A DNA stretch of 64,000 bases from Spirochaetia bacterium (lineage in GTDB: Bacteria > Spirochaetota > Spirochaetia > SZUA-6 > Bin103): contig CBDATQ010000002.1 in assembly GCA_965199955.1 (NCBI GenBank), positions 736,001-800,000 on the forward strand, given 5' to 3'. Shown here piece after piece: positions 10,052 to 19,505 of this stretch (position 1 is the first letter of the stretch; every line of letters begins with the position of its first letter). The notes under the pieces are model-generated. The model was not told the DNA's origin, searched no databases, and worked only from the letters and a program-made list of their open reading frames with translations. The position numbers and the translations under genes are program-made.

Positions 10052-11080
10052 TCACTCCGTGACGTCCAAGACGACCTTGCCGCAGCGGCCGGCGGCCATC
10101 GCCGCGAAGCCCTCCTCGAAGTCTCCCAGCGCCAACCGGTGCGTCAGCACGGGCGACACGTCCAGGCCGCTGCGCAGCATCTGCGTCATCTTGTACCAGG
10201 TCTCGTACATCTCGCGCCCGTAGACGCCCTTGATGCGCAGGCTCTTGAGGATCACCAGGTTCCAGTCGATGGTGGTGGACTCCGGCAGGAAACCGAGCAG
10301 GGCGATCTGACCACCGTTGTACATGTTGGCCAGCATGCTCCGGAACGCATCTGCGCTGCCGGACACCTCGATGCCGCGGTCGAAGCCGTTGGACATGCCG
10401 AGCTGCGTGACTGCGTCCTCCACCGAGCCGCGGGTCACGTTGACGGCGAGGGAGGCGCCCATGCGGCGCGCCAGGTCCAGCCGGTAGTCGTTGACATCGG
10501 TGACCACCACGTGGCGGGCGCCCAGGTGGCGGCAGATCGCCGCGGCCATCACCCCGATAGGCCCGGCGCCGGTGATCAGCACGTCCTCGGCTACCAGGTC
10601 GAACGACAGGGCACAGTGCGTGGCGTTGCCCAGCGGGTCCAGGAAGGCGGCGATTTCGGTCGGAATGCTGTCGTGGATCGGCCACAGGTTGCTCTCCGGC
10701 ATCACCACCAGCTCGGCGAAGGCGCCGTCGCGGTGGATGCCGACTCCCCTGGTGAGGTGGCACAGGTGCGGCTTGCCGGCGCGGCAGTTGCGGCACAGGC
10801 CGCAGGTGATGTGCCCCTCGCCCGAGACCCGGTCGCCCACCCGGTGCAGCGTCGCGCCCGGGCCGAGGGCGACCACCTCGCCCACGAACTCGTGGCCCAG
10901 CACCAGCGGCGGCTCGACGACGCTCCGCGCCCATTCGTCCCAGTGATAGATGTGCAGGTCGGTCCCGCACACCGCCGCCTTGATGACACGAACCAGGACT
11001 TCCTTCGGGCCGGGCACGGGCACGGGCACTTCGGCCAGCGTCAGGCCGGGGCCCGCCGCCTCCTTGAGCAGTGCTTTCAT
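10052..11080 (-). CDS. tdh: L-threonine 3-dehydrogenase
   Basis: [38 protein letters not shown]. Confidence 0.95.
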   Translation of the reverse strand: MKALLKEAAGPGLTLAEVPVPVPGPKEVLVRVIKAAVCGTDLHIYHWDEWARSVVEPPLVLGHEFVGEVVALGPGATLHRVGDRVSGEGHITCGLCRNCRAGKPHLCHLTRGVGIHRDGAFAELVVMPESNLWPIHDSIPTEIAAFLDPLGNATHCALSFDLVAEDVLITGAGPIGVMAAAICRHLGARHVVVTDVNDYRLDLARRMGASLAVNVTRGSVEDAVTQLGMSNGFDRGIEVSGSADAFRSMLANMYNGGQIALLGFLPESTTIDWNLVILKSLRIKGVYGREMYETWYKMTQMLRSGLDVSPVLTHRLALGDFEEGFAAMAAGRCGKVVLDVTE

Positions 11081-11241
11081 GGATGGCCGGCCGACAGTGT
11101 AGCGCACCGTCAGCCCGCCGTTAAACATGGGGTGAACTGAGGAGAACGACACTGGAAGGACGGCAGATCGAGCGCGACCGGGAGCAGAGTCGGGTCGTGC
11201 GTTCGACTGCGACACGGGTTAGAGTCGTCGGCGGAACTGCC

Positions 11242-11577
11242 ATGACGTTCGACACGTCGGTGCTCGACGCGGCGATCCGCCGCCGCCGTGATCGGCTGGA
11301 GCGGGAACGGGCCGAGCTGCTGGAGCGGGTGGCGAGCGCGGTTCGCGCGCAGGCGGGCGAACTCGGCGTCCGCCACGCCTATGTTGTAGGTTCTCTGACG
11401 CGCGAGCACGGCTGGTCCGACGACTCGGATGTGGACGTGGCGATCAGCGGCGGCGATCCTCTCGCGATCATGCGTCTGGTCGAGGATGCCTCCGGACGCG
11501 TGGTGGACGTGATCGACCTGGACCGTCATCCGGCTCCGGAGCTGTTTCGGCGCAACGGAGTCCAGGTCGTTGGATGA
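11242..11577 (+). CDS. Minimal nucleotidyltransferase antitoxin (MntA-like)
   Basis: GS..SDVDV motif, VDVIDL; about 111 aa. Confidence 0.85.
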   Translation: MTFDTSVLDAAIRRRRDRLERERAELLERVASAVRAQAGELGVRHAYVVGSLTREHGWSDDSDVDVAISGGDPLAIMRLVEDASGRVVDVIDLDRHPAPELFRRNGVQVVG

Positions 11578-12034
11578 TCGACGCCTCGCTCTGCTTCGGC
11601 GGGACCTGCAGGATCAGTGGGAGATCGTCGACCGAGTGTTCGCGAAGATCGGGGACCGCAGCGTCGGCGCTTCGCCATCGGCCGTGCAGGTGGAGGCGCT
11701 GGCCTACCAACTGCACAATCTCTACGGCGCCTGCGAGCAACTGTTCGAGCTGATCGCGCGGGCGTTCGAGAACCAGATCGACGGCCCGACCTATCACGTC
11801 GATCTGTTGCGCCGCATGAAGGCGGAAATCACCGGCGTCCGGCCCGCGCTCCTCACCGCGGGGCTCGCCGGGCGCCTGAACGAACTGCGCGGGTTCCGCC
11901 ATTTCTTTCGCCACGCGTACGACTCGGAGCTTCACCCCGAGCGGGTCACCGCACTGGCGGCAACGGCACTGGCGTTGCGTCCGGAGCTCCGGGACTCCAT
12001 GGACCGATTCATCGTCCGTCTGCAAGCCGGTTGA
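11570..12034 (+). CDS. HEPN ribonuclease toxin (HepT-like)
   Basis: LHNLYGACE, RHFFRHAY (R-x4-H); overlaps MNT gene. Confidence 0.85.
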   Translation: MDDRRLALLRRDLQDQWEIVDRVFAKIGDRSVGASPSAVQVEALAYQLHNLYGACEQLFELIARAFENQIDGPTYHVDLLRRMKAEITGVRPALLTAGLAGRLNELRGFRHFFRHAYDSELHPERVTALAATALALRPELRDSMDRFIVRLQAG

Positions 12035-12075
12035 GCGACGACCCACCCACCCTGACTACCGCTGCGGCCCGCGCC

Positions 12076-12104
12076 TTGACGGGAACGCAGCATGAGGGTA
12101 GATT
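12076..12104 (+). promoter_or_regulatory. Sigma70-type promoter of binding-protein gene
   Basis: TTGACG-N17-TAGATT; GGGAGG RBS downstream. Confidence 0.6.
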
Positions 12105-12186
12105 CATCGGGATGCCCGGACGCCTCTTCGGGCCGATGGGCACAATCTCACACTTTACCCCACGTGAAAGGGAGGTTCGCAGAACG

Positions 12187-13998
12187 ATGAGAAAACTGCT
12201 CATCTCGCTTCTTACCCTGGGCTTTGTCCTTGGATCCGCCTTCGTGGCGAGCGCCGAAGGCTCGGAAGAGTCGATGGAAGGTCCGATGGAGATCAGCTTT
12301 CAGGGCATCTACGGCGACGCCGTCGAAGAGGGCAACGCGGTACAGCGCGCCCTGGAAGAGAAGTTCAACATCAAGATCACAGACTCCAACCTAGCCCGTC
12401 GCCCTCGGGAGACGATCGACTTGATGATCGGCGCCGACGAGCATCCGGACGCCATGTACTCTTGGACGAATCACGACCAGTGGTACGCCGCCGGTGCGTA
12501 TCGGCCCATTCCGATCGACATGATCCGTGAGCACGCGCCCAACTTGGCGCGCGACTGGGACACGATCGGTCCGGGCGCCTGGATGATGTCGGCGGTCCCC
12601 GGCGATGCGACGGCCCTGCGCGGCCTCCCGCGCGGCTATGCGCACCAGGCCGGTGCCGGCGCGGCGGTCAACTTCCGCTACGACTGGCTGGGCATGGTCG
12701 GCGCACGCGCAGCGCTCGGCGTGTCCCAGGACATGGAGTCGAGCCCCGAGAGTCCGGAAGGCGTGCTCGACAGCAATCCCGTGTTCGACCCCGGCCACTG
12801 GTTCATTAGTTACAACACGCCGAACATCGTCGACGTTGAGGCGGCTCTGGAAGCGATCGTCGCGGCCGACCCGGTCGGCGGCGGGCGGACCATCGGCTAC
12901 AGCGGCTGGCCCCGCGAAGGCAGGCCGTGTTACTGGTGGTCGTTCGGTGCGGTGTGCCAGGCATACGGCGTCGCCTCGGAGTCATGGTGGGTTCACGAGG
13001 CCGCCGACGGCAGCGCCACGATCCACTACGGCTGGGACAACGTGAAGACCGCCCTGAAGGTCCTGCAGCGCTGGTATCAGAAGGGCATCCTGGACAGCGA
13101 GATCCCGGCATTCGATCGCGCCGCGTTTGATGACAAGGTTGGCGCAGGCTTGGTCGCGATGTACGGCCGCGGCGCCCAGGGATGCTGGAATACGCCTGAG
13201 GGTAATGCGAATCCGACGGTCGGCTGTCTGGCTCGTGTCAACAACCCGGACTTTCAGGAGCTGATGGTGCATGCGGTGACCGCTCCGGACGGTACCTACG
13301 GGCTCCGTCATGAGAACACGGCGCTGCCGCTGGGCGGCCCCGGCGAGTGGTTCGTGATCCGCCATGACGTCTCCGATGAGAAGCTGGCCAAGATCCTGCA
13401 GATCTTCGACTACGCGAACAGCACCTGTGAAGGCATGATGCTTCAGCTGTTCGGGATCGAGGGCACGCACTACAACGTCGAGGGTGGCGCACCGATGTGC
13501 TCGGACGACGGGGTCGAAGCTGCCCGTGCCGGCGGCGTGGCGGTCCGCGCCACCGCGGATTGGGCAGCGCTCACTGGCGACGGCATAGCCCACTACTTCA
13601 CCAATAATGGGTACTACACGCGGCTGTACGGCGACGGTTTCCCCGGCAACACCCAGTGGGAGCCGCTCAAGACCTACAACCAGTGGCGCGGTCCGGGCGG
13701 TGGCGGCACCACGCACCTGATTCGCATGTACAAGGAGGACGTGTTCAACGAGACCGACCACAATGAGCTGCGTGCGCAGTTCAAGGGCGCTCTGGACACG
13801 ATCCACGGTGAGTTCATGTACAAGGCCATGACGACCGATCTCGACATCGATGCCGAGTGGCCGAAGTACATGGAGCAACTCAATGCTGCCGGCATGGCTG
13901 CGATCAACGCCGAGCTGAACAAGCTGCAGTACACGGTTGCCGAGCTGAACAGCGTCGGCGTGACCTGCGGCGAGTCCGGGTGCGTCCCTAACAAGTAG
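12187..13998 (+). CDS. Large extracellular solute-binding protein (LplA-like carbohydrate ABC), 603 aa
   Basis: Signal peptide MRKLLISLL..ASAEG; EEKFNI, RYDWL, LQRWYQKGILD, FGIEGTHY, DIDAEW. Confidence 0.85.
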   Translation: MRKLLISLLTLGFVLGSAFVASAEGSEESMEGPMEISFQGIYGDAVEEGNAVQRALEEKFNIKITDSNLARRPRETIDLMIGADEHPDAMYSWTNHDQWYAAGAYRPIPIDMIREHAPNLARDWDTIGPGAWMMSAVPGDATALRGLPRGYAHQAGAGAAVNFRYDWLGMVGARAALGVSQDMESSPESPEGVLDSNPVFDPGHWFISYNTPNIVDVEAALEAIVAADPVGGGRTIGYSGWPREGRPCYWWSFGAVCQAYGVASESWWVHEAADGSATIHYGWDNVKTALKVLQRWYQKGILDSEIPAFDRAAFDDKVGAGLVAMYGRGAQGCWNTPEGNANPTVGCLARVNNPDFQELMVHAVTAPDGTYGLRHENTALPLGGPGEWFVIRHDVSDEKLAKILQIFDYANSTCEGMMLQLFGIEGTHYNVEGGAPMCSDDGVEAARAGGVAVRATADWAALTGDGIAHYFTNNGYYTRLYGDGFPGNTQWEPLKTYNQWRGPGGGGTTHLIRMYKEDVFNETDHNELRAQFKGALDTIHGEFMYKAMTTDLDIDAEWPKYMEQLNAAGMAAINAELNKLQYTVAELNSVGVTCGESGCVPNK

Positions 13999-14048
13999 GC
14001 GCAAGCATCCGGTACGCGCAGTCAGTCCTCTGGCTGCTCAGATCTGAG

Positions 14049-14080
14049 AAGGGACGGCCGCCATGGCCGTCCCTTTCCTT
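14049..14080 (+). terminator. Intrinsic terminator
   Basis: AAGGGACGGCC-gccat-GGCCGTCCCTT followed by TCCTT. Confidence 0.85.
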
Positions 14081-14085
14081 CATTG

Positions 14086-14140
14086 GTGCGCCCGGCATGG
14101 GCTCTCGCCGGAAGAAGGTGGGGGCGTGCGCCGAGCATGC
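14086..14140 (+). mobile_element. Group IIC intron 5'-end stubs
   Basis: GTGCGCCCGGCATGGG at 14086 just after the terminator; second copy GTGCGCCGAGCATG at 14126. Confidence 0.6.
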
Positions 14141-14173
14141 GAAGGCGGCTCCGGGGCCGGTTCAGGTATTAGT

Positions 14174-16165
14174 CCGAAGTTCCAGAGCGTGAATCTCTCG
14201 TAACTTCATTGACAGAAATTAGTTGCAAGGTGATCTGCGTGCTGATTGGCGTCGTTTCGTGTCCATGTAGATGGTGGTGAATAGCGGCGAGATACATGCT
14301 ATTTGATCTTGACATATCGTGACTTGTGTGTATTCTGTTGCCACAGATCAGTAGTCATGTACATCGAGTCTGTCCCCAACCGCTCCTCTCCCCCTGCCAT
14401 CCTGCTCCGCGAGTCCTACCGCGAGCACGGCAAGGTCAAGAAGCGCACGCTCGCGAACCTCTCCAAATGGCCCCCTGATCTGGTCGACGGCTTGCGCACC
14501 CTGCTCAAGGGCGGCCACGCCTTCGCCTCGGTCTCGGATGCGTTGCTGCTCACGCGCTCGCTGCCCCACGGCCACGTCGCCGCCGTGCTGGGCATCCTCA
14601 AGCAGCTCGGACTCCATACCCTCATCGCCCGCAAGGCCAGCCGCTCGCGCGAGCTGATCATCGCCATGATCACCGCCCGCGTCATCGACGCGCAGTCCAA
14701 ACTGGCCACCGCCCGCGCGCTCTCACCGCCCAGCGCCGTGTCCACCCTGGGCGAGTCGCTGCGGTTGGGGGAGGTCGATGAGAACGAGCTCTACGAGGCG
14801 ATGGACTGGTTGGTCGGGCGCCAGGCGGCGATCGAGGACCGCCTGGCCGAACAGCACCTCAGCGAGCACACGCTGGTGCTCTACGACGTGAGCTCGACCT
14901 ACTTCGAGGGCAGCCACTGCGAGCTGGCGCAGTTGGGACACAGCCGTGACGGCAAGTCGGGCACGCTGCAGATCGTGTTCGGGCTGCTGTGCACCCAGGA
15001 AGGCTGTCCGGTGGCGGTGGAGGTATTCCCTGGCTCTACCGCCGACCCGAAGACGGTGAGCGCGCAGGTGGACAAGATCCGCACCCGCTTCGGACTCACG
15101 CGGGTGGTGCTGGTCGGCGACCGCGGGATGCTGAGCGCGGCGAGGATCCGCGAGGACCTGCAAGAGGTGGAGGGGCTGCGCTGGATCACCACGCTGCGCG
15201 CGCCGACGATCCGCAAGCTGGTGGCCGCCGGCGAGGTGGCGCCGTCGTTGTTCGACGAGCGCGACCTGGCCGAGATCACCAGCGAGGAGTTTCCGGGCGA
15301 GCGGCTGATCGTGTGCCGCAACCCGTTGCTGGCCGACGAACGGAAGCGCAAGCGCCAGGAGCTGCTACAGGCCACCGAGCAGAAGCTGGCCCCGATCGCT
15401 CAGGCCACCCAGCGCGTCCATCAGCCGCTACGGGGCGAGGCCGAGATCGGCATGCGGGTCGGCAAGGTGATCAATCACTACAAGGTGGGCAAGCACTTCG
15501 TGACCGAGATCACCTCCGAGTCGTTCAGCTTTCGGCGCGATGAGCACAAGATCGCCGCCGAGCAGGCGCTGGACGGGCTGTACATCGTGCGCAGCAACGT
15601 GGAGCCGCAGGTGCTCGACGCGGCGCAGACGGTGCGCGCCTACAAGGGGCTGTCGAAGGTGGAGCGGGCGTTTCGGTGCATGAAGTCCGTGGACCTGAAG
15701 GTGCGCCCGATTCACCACCGGCGCGCCGATCGGGTGCGGGCGCACGTGCTGCTGTGCATGCTGGCCTACTACGTGGAGTGGCACATGCGGCGCTCGCTGG
15801 CGCCGTTGCTGTTCGACGATCACGATCGACAGGGCGCCGAGCGCAAGCGGGTCTCCGAGGTGGCTCCGGCGCAGCGATCGGCGGCCGCGGCGGCCAAGGC
15901 GTCGAGCAAGCGCACCGAGGACGGGTTGCCGGTGCACAGCTTTCGCACGCTGATCACTGAGCTGGGCACGCTGACGGCGAACACGATGCAGGTTGCAGAG
16001 GGCGGCAGCACGTTCACGCTGCACACGCACCCGACACCGGTTCAGCAGCGCTGTTTCGAGCTGCTTGGGGTCACGCCCCGCATGTAGCCATGCACAGGAA
16101 CCTGCACCATTGAGAAACTACCCTGACCACAAGGACTTCAGGCAATTTCGCTCCTGGAACTTCGG
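14174..16165 (+). mobile_element. IS1634-family insertion sequence, apparently complete (1992 bp)
   Basis: Terminal IR CCGAAGTTCCAG / CTGGAACTTCGG; 6-bp TSD ATTAGT at 14168-14173 and 16166-16171. Confidence 0.92.
14357..16087 (+). CDS. IS1634-family DDE transposase
   Basis: MYIESVPNR..LLRESYRE..KRTLANLS, YDVSSTYFEG, VGDRG, YKGLSKVERAFR. Confidence 0.93.
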   Translation: MYIESVPNRSSPPAILLRESYREHGKVKKRTLANLSKWPPDLVDGLRTLLKGGHAFASVSDALLLTRSLPHGHVAAVLGILKQLGLHTLIARKASRSRELIIAMITARVIDAQSKLATARALSPPSAVSTLGESLRLGEVDENELYEAMDWLVGRQAAIEDRLAEQHLSEHTLVLYDVSSTYFEGSHCELAQLGHSRDGKSGTLQIVFGLLCTQEGCPVAVEVFPGSTADPKTVSAQVDKIRTRFGLTRVVLVGDRGMLSAARIREDLQEVEGLRWITTLRAPTIRKLVAAGEVAPSLFDERDLAEITSEEFPGERLIVCRNPLLADERKRKRQELLQATEQKLAPIAQATQRVHQPLRGEAEIGMRVGKVINHYKVGKHFVTEITSESFSFRRDEHKIAAEQALDGLYIVRSNVEPQVLDAAQTVRAYKGLSKVERAFRCMKSVDLKVRPIHHRRADRVRAHVLLCMLAYYVEWHMRRSLAPLLFDDHDRQGAERKRVSEVAPAQRSAAAAAKASSKRTEDGLPVHSFRTLITELGTLTANTMQVAEGGSTFTLHTHPTPVQQRCFELLGVTPRM

Positions 16166-16269
16166 ATTAGTCTTGGGGCGATTGGTCCACGAGCACGAAC
16201 CCCAAGTGTTCCCCCAGAGGGATAGAGCTTTCGCCATTCCATTGGGTGTAGGTCTCAGACTGAGCGATT

Positions 16270-16308
16270 CGACGGGGTCTGAGGTAGCCGACGGGGTCTG
16301 AGGTAGCC
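16270..16308. repeat. 19-bp tandem duplication inside IS left end
   Basis: CGACGGGGTCTGAGGTAGC x2. Confidence 0.9.
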
Positions 16309-16462
16309 TGAGCGGCAGGCGCCGGGCGGGTGGTGACAAAGTGTCACGGGAGCGCGGCGCTGGCGGCGGAGGTGATTACGGGGGAGGAAGGGCAGCGCTC
16401 CTCTGGGGTAGGGTTGACGGCAACCCTACCGCAACCCCTGAACCGCCAGAGGAGCGAGGCCG

Positions 16463-17299
16463 ATGACCGTCACACTATCGCATAACTGCCAGCGCCCCGC
16501 CACGGCCAAGGATCGTGGATCGATCGATCGGATCATCTACGAAATGAGCAACGACCTGCGCGTGCTCGGCGAGCAGGCGCGGCCGCAGCAGGACTTCGAG
16601 AGCTTCGAGCGCGCCGTGCATTGAGCGGTTCGTGGCCGCCGAGCGAGCGGTGCTGGCCAGCGAGTTGCAGGGACTTGAGGTGGAGGTGCCTGAACTCGTC
16701 ATCGGCGGGCGGCCGCATCGTCGTGTGCTGCGGAGCACCGAGACGTACCTGAGCGGAGTCGGGCCGATCACGGTGCAGCGCACGTTGTACCGCGCCGGCA
16801 GCGAGCCGGCGGTTGTTGCCTTGGAGCTGCGTGCGGGGATCGTCGCCGGGCACTGGACGCCGCTGGCGGCGCGGCAGGCGAGCGTGCTGGTCGCCCACAT
16901 GAGGCCGCAGGAGAGCGTCGATACAGCTTGCGCGAAGCTGGGCAACATGAGTCCGTCCGGGAGCAGCCTGGACCGGCTGCCGAAGCACCTGAGCAGCCGC
17001 TGGGAGCAGGAGCGCGAAGGGTTCGAGGACGCGCTGCGTGCAGCCACGCGGGAGGTGCCTGCCGAGGCGGCTACGCTCGCGGTGTCGCGGAGGTGGAGGC
17101 GGTGTTGGCACAGCGGCCGGATCTGGAAGTGGTCATGCTGGCCGACGGCGCGCGCGAGAACTGGAGCTTTCTGGACGACCTGGCGCCGCAGGCAGCCAGC
17201 AGCGTGACGCTGGTGGACTTCTTCCATGCCGCCGAGCAACTGCGAGCAGCCGTCGATGCCGCATACGGCGAGAACGACCCGTGGGGACATGCCGCCTGA
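16463..17299 (+). pseudogene. ISKra4-like transposase remnant
   Basis: Fragments in several frames: GPITVQRTLY, PSGSSLDRLPK, LADGARENW, VDFFHAAEQL; C-terminus missing. Confidence 0.8.
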
Positions 17300-17456
17300 C
17301 TCGTCAGTTTGAGACCTACACCCATTCCATTTCCTCACTTTCCGTGCGGTTACTGGACGCTGGGCATTTGTCGTGCGACCGCCCGTGGCAGGCGAGGACA
17401 AGGCTGACCTCTCACCCCTGCGGAAGCTCCGTGGTTCGACAGCGAGTTTGCTGGAG

Positions 17457-18380
17457 CTATCCTTTCACCGATCCCAGCATCACGCCCTTCACGAAGTACT
17501 TCTGAATGAAGGGGTAGAACAGCACCACCGGGCCGATGGTGATCAGCGTGGTCGCGGCCTGGATCGACCGGTGCGGGATGCGCGCCCAGTCCGGCTCGAT
17601 CCCCTGCGCGCGGAGCTCCTCCACCAGGCGCTGCATGGACTCGTCGGTCTGAAAGCCCTGCAGGCGCTGCACGATGGCGCGCAGCAGGAGCTGCAGAATG
17701 CGCTTGTCCTTGTCGGTGATGTAGATCAGCGCGTCGAACCACGCGTTCCAGTGGGCTACGACCGTCCACAACGCGATAACGGCCAGCACCGGCCTCGACA
17801 ATGGGATGAAGATGCTGAACATGATGCGCCAGTAGCTGGCGCCGTCGATCACGGCGGAGTCCTCCATCGCCTGGTCGATGGTCATGATGAAGTTGCGCGT
17901 GATGATGATGTTGAACGCGTTGATCGCCGGGATGACCACCAGGACCCAGCGCGAGTTGATCATTCCAAGGTTTCGCACCAGGAGGTAGGTGGGAATGATG
18001 CCTCCATAGAAAAACAGCGTGAAGACAAGCAGGAAAGTGATCACCCCCCGCCCGGGCAGGTTGCGCTTCGAGAGCGCGTACGCGGCGCAGAAGGTGACGA
18101 ACAGCGTCAACGTGGTGCCGAACACGACGCGGTGCAGCGTGTTCAGGTAGGCGGTCCCTACGGCGTTCTCCTTGAACACGAATGTCCACGCCTCCGTGCG
18201 CCACTCTTCGTTCCAGAGGTGCAGCCCCCGGCCGGGCAACGACACCGGCGACGCCAGCGAGGTGGTGACGACGGTCCAGAACGGATACAGGATCGACAGC
18301 GCGAACAGTCCGAGGAACAGGTAGTTGGCGACGTCGAACGCGCGACCGAGCGGCGTCACTCTGACCAGTGGATTCGCCAT
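17457..18380 (-). CDS. Carbohydrate ABC permease (LplC/MalG-like)
   Basis: EDSAVIDGA EAA motif, YPFIQKYFVKGVMLGSVKG. Confidence 0.93.
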   Translation of the reverse strand: MANPLVRVTPLGRAFDVANYLFLGLFALSILYPFWTVVTTSLASPVSLPGRGLHLWNEEWRTEAWTFVFKENAVGTAYLNTLHRVVFGTTLTLFVTFCAAYALSKRNLPGRGVITFLLVFTLFFYGGIIPTYLLVRNLGMINSRWVLVVIPAINAFNIIITRNFIMTIDQAMEDSAVIDGASYWRIMFSIFIPLSRPVLAVIALWTVVAHWNAWFDALIYITDKDKRILQLLLRAIVQRLQGFQTDESMQRLVEELRAQGIEPDWARIPHRSIQAATTLITIGPVVLFYPFIQKYFVKGVMLGSVKG

Positions 18381-18389
18381 GCGCAGCTC

Positions 18390-19415
18390 CTACCAGACCC
18401 CGTACTCGCTGTAGCGGCGCACGATCTGGTTGGCCCCGACCAGGACGACCAGGCCGACCGCGTTCTGGAAGAGCTGCACGGCGGTGGCGTAGGAGTAGCG
18501 CGCCCCTTCGATGCCGGAGCGGTACACCAGCGTCTCGAACACGTCGATCACCTCGTAGACGTTGGAGTTGTACAGATTGAAGATCGGGTCGAAGCCGAAC
18601 TCCAGGATGTTGCCGACGCTGAGCAGGAACAGGATCGTGATCACCGGCACCAGTGCCGGGATGGTGATGTGGATGGCGTTCTGCCAGCGGTTGGTGCCGT
18701 CGATGGCCGCGCTCTCGTAGAGCTGGGGATCCACCCCGGACAGCGCCGCCAGAAAGACGATCGTCCCCCAGCCGACGCTCTGCCAGGTCGTGACGGCGAT
18801 GATCAGGCCTCGAAACAGATCCGGGGAGGTCAGGACCGGGAACGGCTCGATCCCCACCTGCTCCATGAGGTAGGGGACCGTGCCGCTCTGCATCGACAGC
18901 AGTTCTCTGACGATGCCGCTCAGGACGATCCAGGAGAGGAAGTGCGGGAGGTAGCTGATCGACTGCACGGTGCGCTTGTACGCGGTGACGCGCACCTCGT
19001 TGAGCAGCAGCGCCAGGATGATCGGCGCCGGGAAGGAAACGATCGTGCGCAGGACGGCCAGGATCGCCGTGTTGCGCAGCACGCGCCAGAAGAACGGGTC
19101 GTTGAAGACCCAGTCGAACCACTTGAAGTTGTTCCAGGTGCTGCCCAGGACGCCCTTGACGATGTTGTAGTCGACGAAAGCGATGCTGATCCCGTACATG
19201 GGGATGTACTTGAAGACGAACAGCAGCACCACCGCCGGCGCCAGCAACACGTAGAAGTCCCGCATGCGCCACGCGCGCCGCGCCGTCTGCTTGCGCAGGA
19301 TCTGCTTGAGGAAGGCGGCGCGCTCCTCCTCGGTGCCGAGGCTGTCGTAGACGCCCACGCTCGGGGCGGGAGCCGCAGGCGCCTGCTCGCGCCGGTCGGT
19401 GGAGAGGTCAGCCAT
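18390..19415 (-). CDS. ABC permease (LplB-like), copy 1
   Basis: KYIPMYG, YLPHFLSW, YESAAIDG. Confidence 0.93.
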   Translation of the reverse strand: MADLSTDRREQAPAAPAPSVGVYDSLGTEEERAAFLKQILRKQTARRAWRMRDFYVLLAPAVVLLFVFKYIPMYGISIAFVDYNIVKGVLGSTWNNFKWFDWVFNDPFFWRVLRNTAILAVLRTIVSFPAPIILALLLNEVRVTAYKRTVQSISYLPHFLSWIVLSGIVRELLSMQSGTVPYLMEQVGIEPFPVLTSPDLFRGLIIAVTTWQSVGWGTIVFLAALSGVDPQLYESAAIDGTNRWQNAIHITIPALVPVITILFLLSVGNILEFGFDPIFNLYNSNVYEVIDVFETLVYRSGIEGARYSYATAVQLFQNAVGLVVLVGANQIVRRYSEYGVW

Positions 19416-19505
19416 CGATCGTTCGGTGTCGCCTGGGGGTCATCACGGGGAGCGGAACTCCGGTGGCGACCGTACCGGTTCGGGCGCAATTCGTCAACGT
19501 AACGC

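Larger units (their letters stand above)
16244..17323 (+). mobile_element. Internally deleted ISKra4/IS256-like element (1080 bp)
   Basis: IR GGGTGTAGGTCTCAGACTGA / TCAGTTTGAGACCTACACCC; 8-bp TSD ATTCCATT at 16236-16243 and 17324-17331. Confidence 0.88.

Noticed and set aside
11617..12186. N-terminal extension making the binding protein 793 aa
   Set aside because: Overlaps the HEPN gene; promoter, RBS and signal peptide support ATG12187
16172..16243. Short minus-strand ORF (MAKALSLWGNTW..) reconstructed by removing both IS elements
   Set aside because: About 25 codons with no recognisable motif; unsupported
16270..16308. Tandem repeat as CRISPR
   Set aside because: Two adjacent units, no spacers, no cas genes, inside an IS
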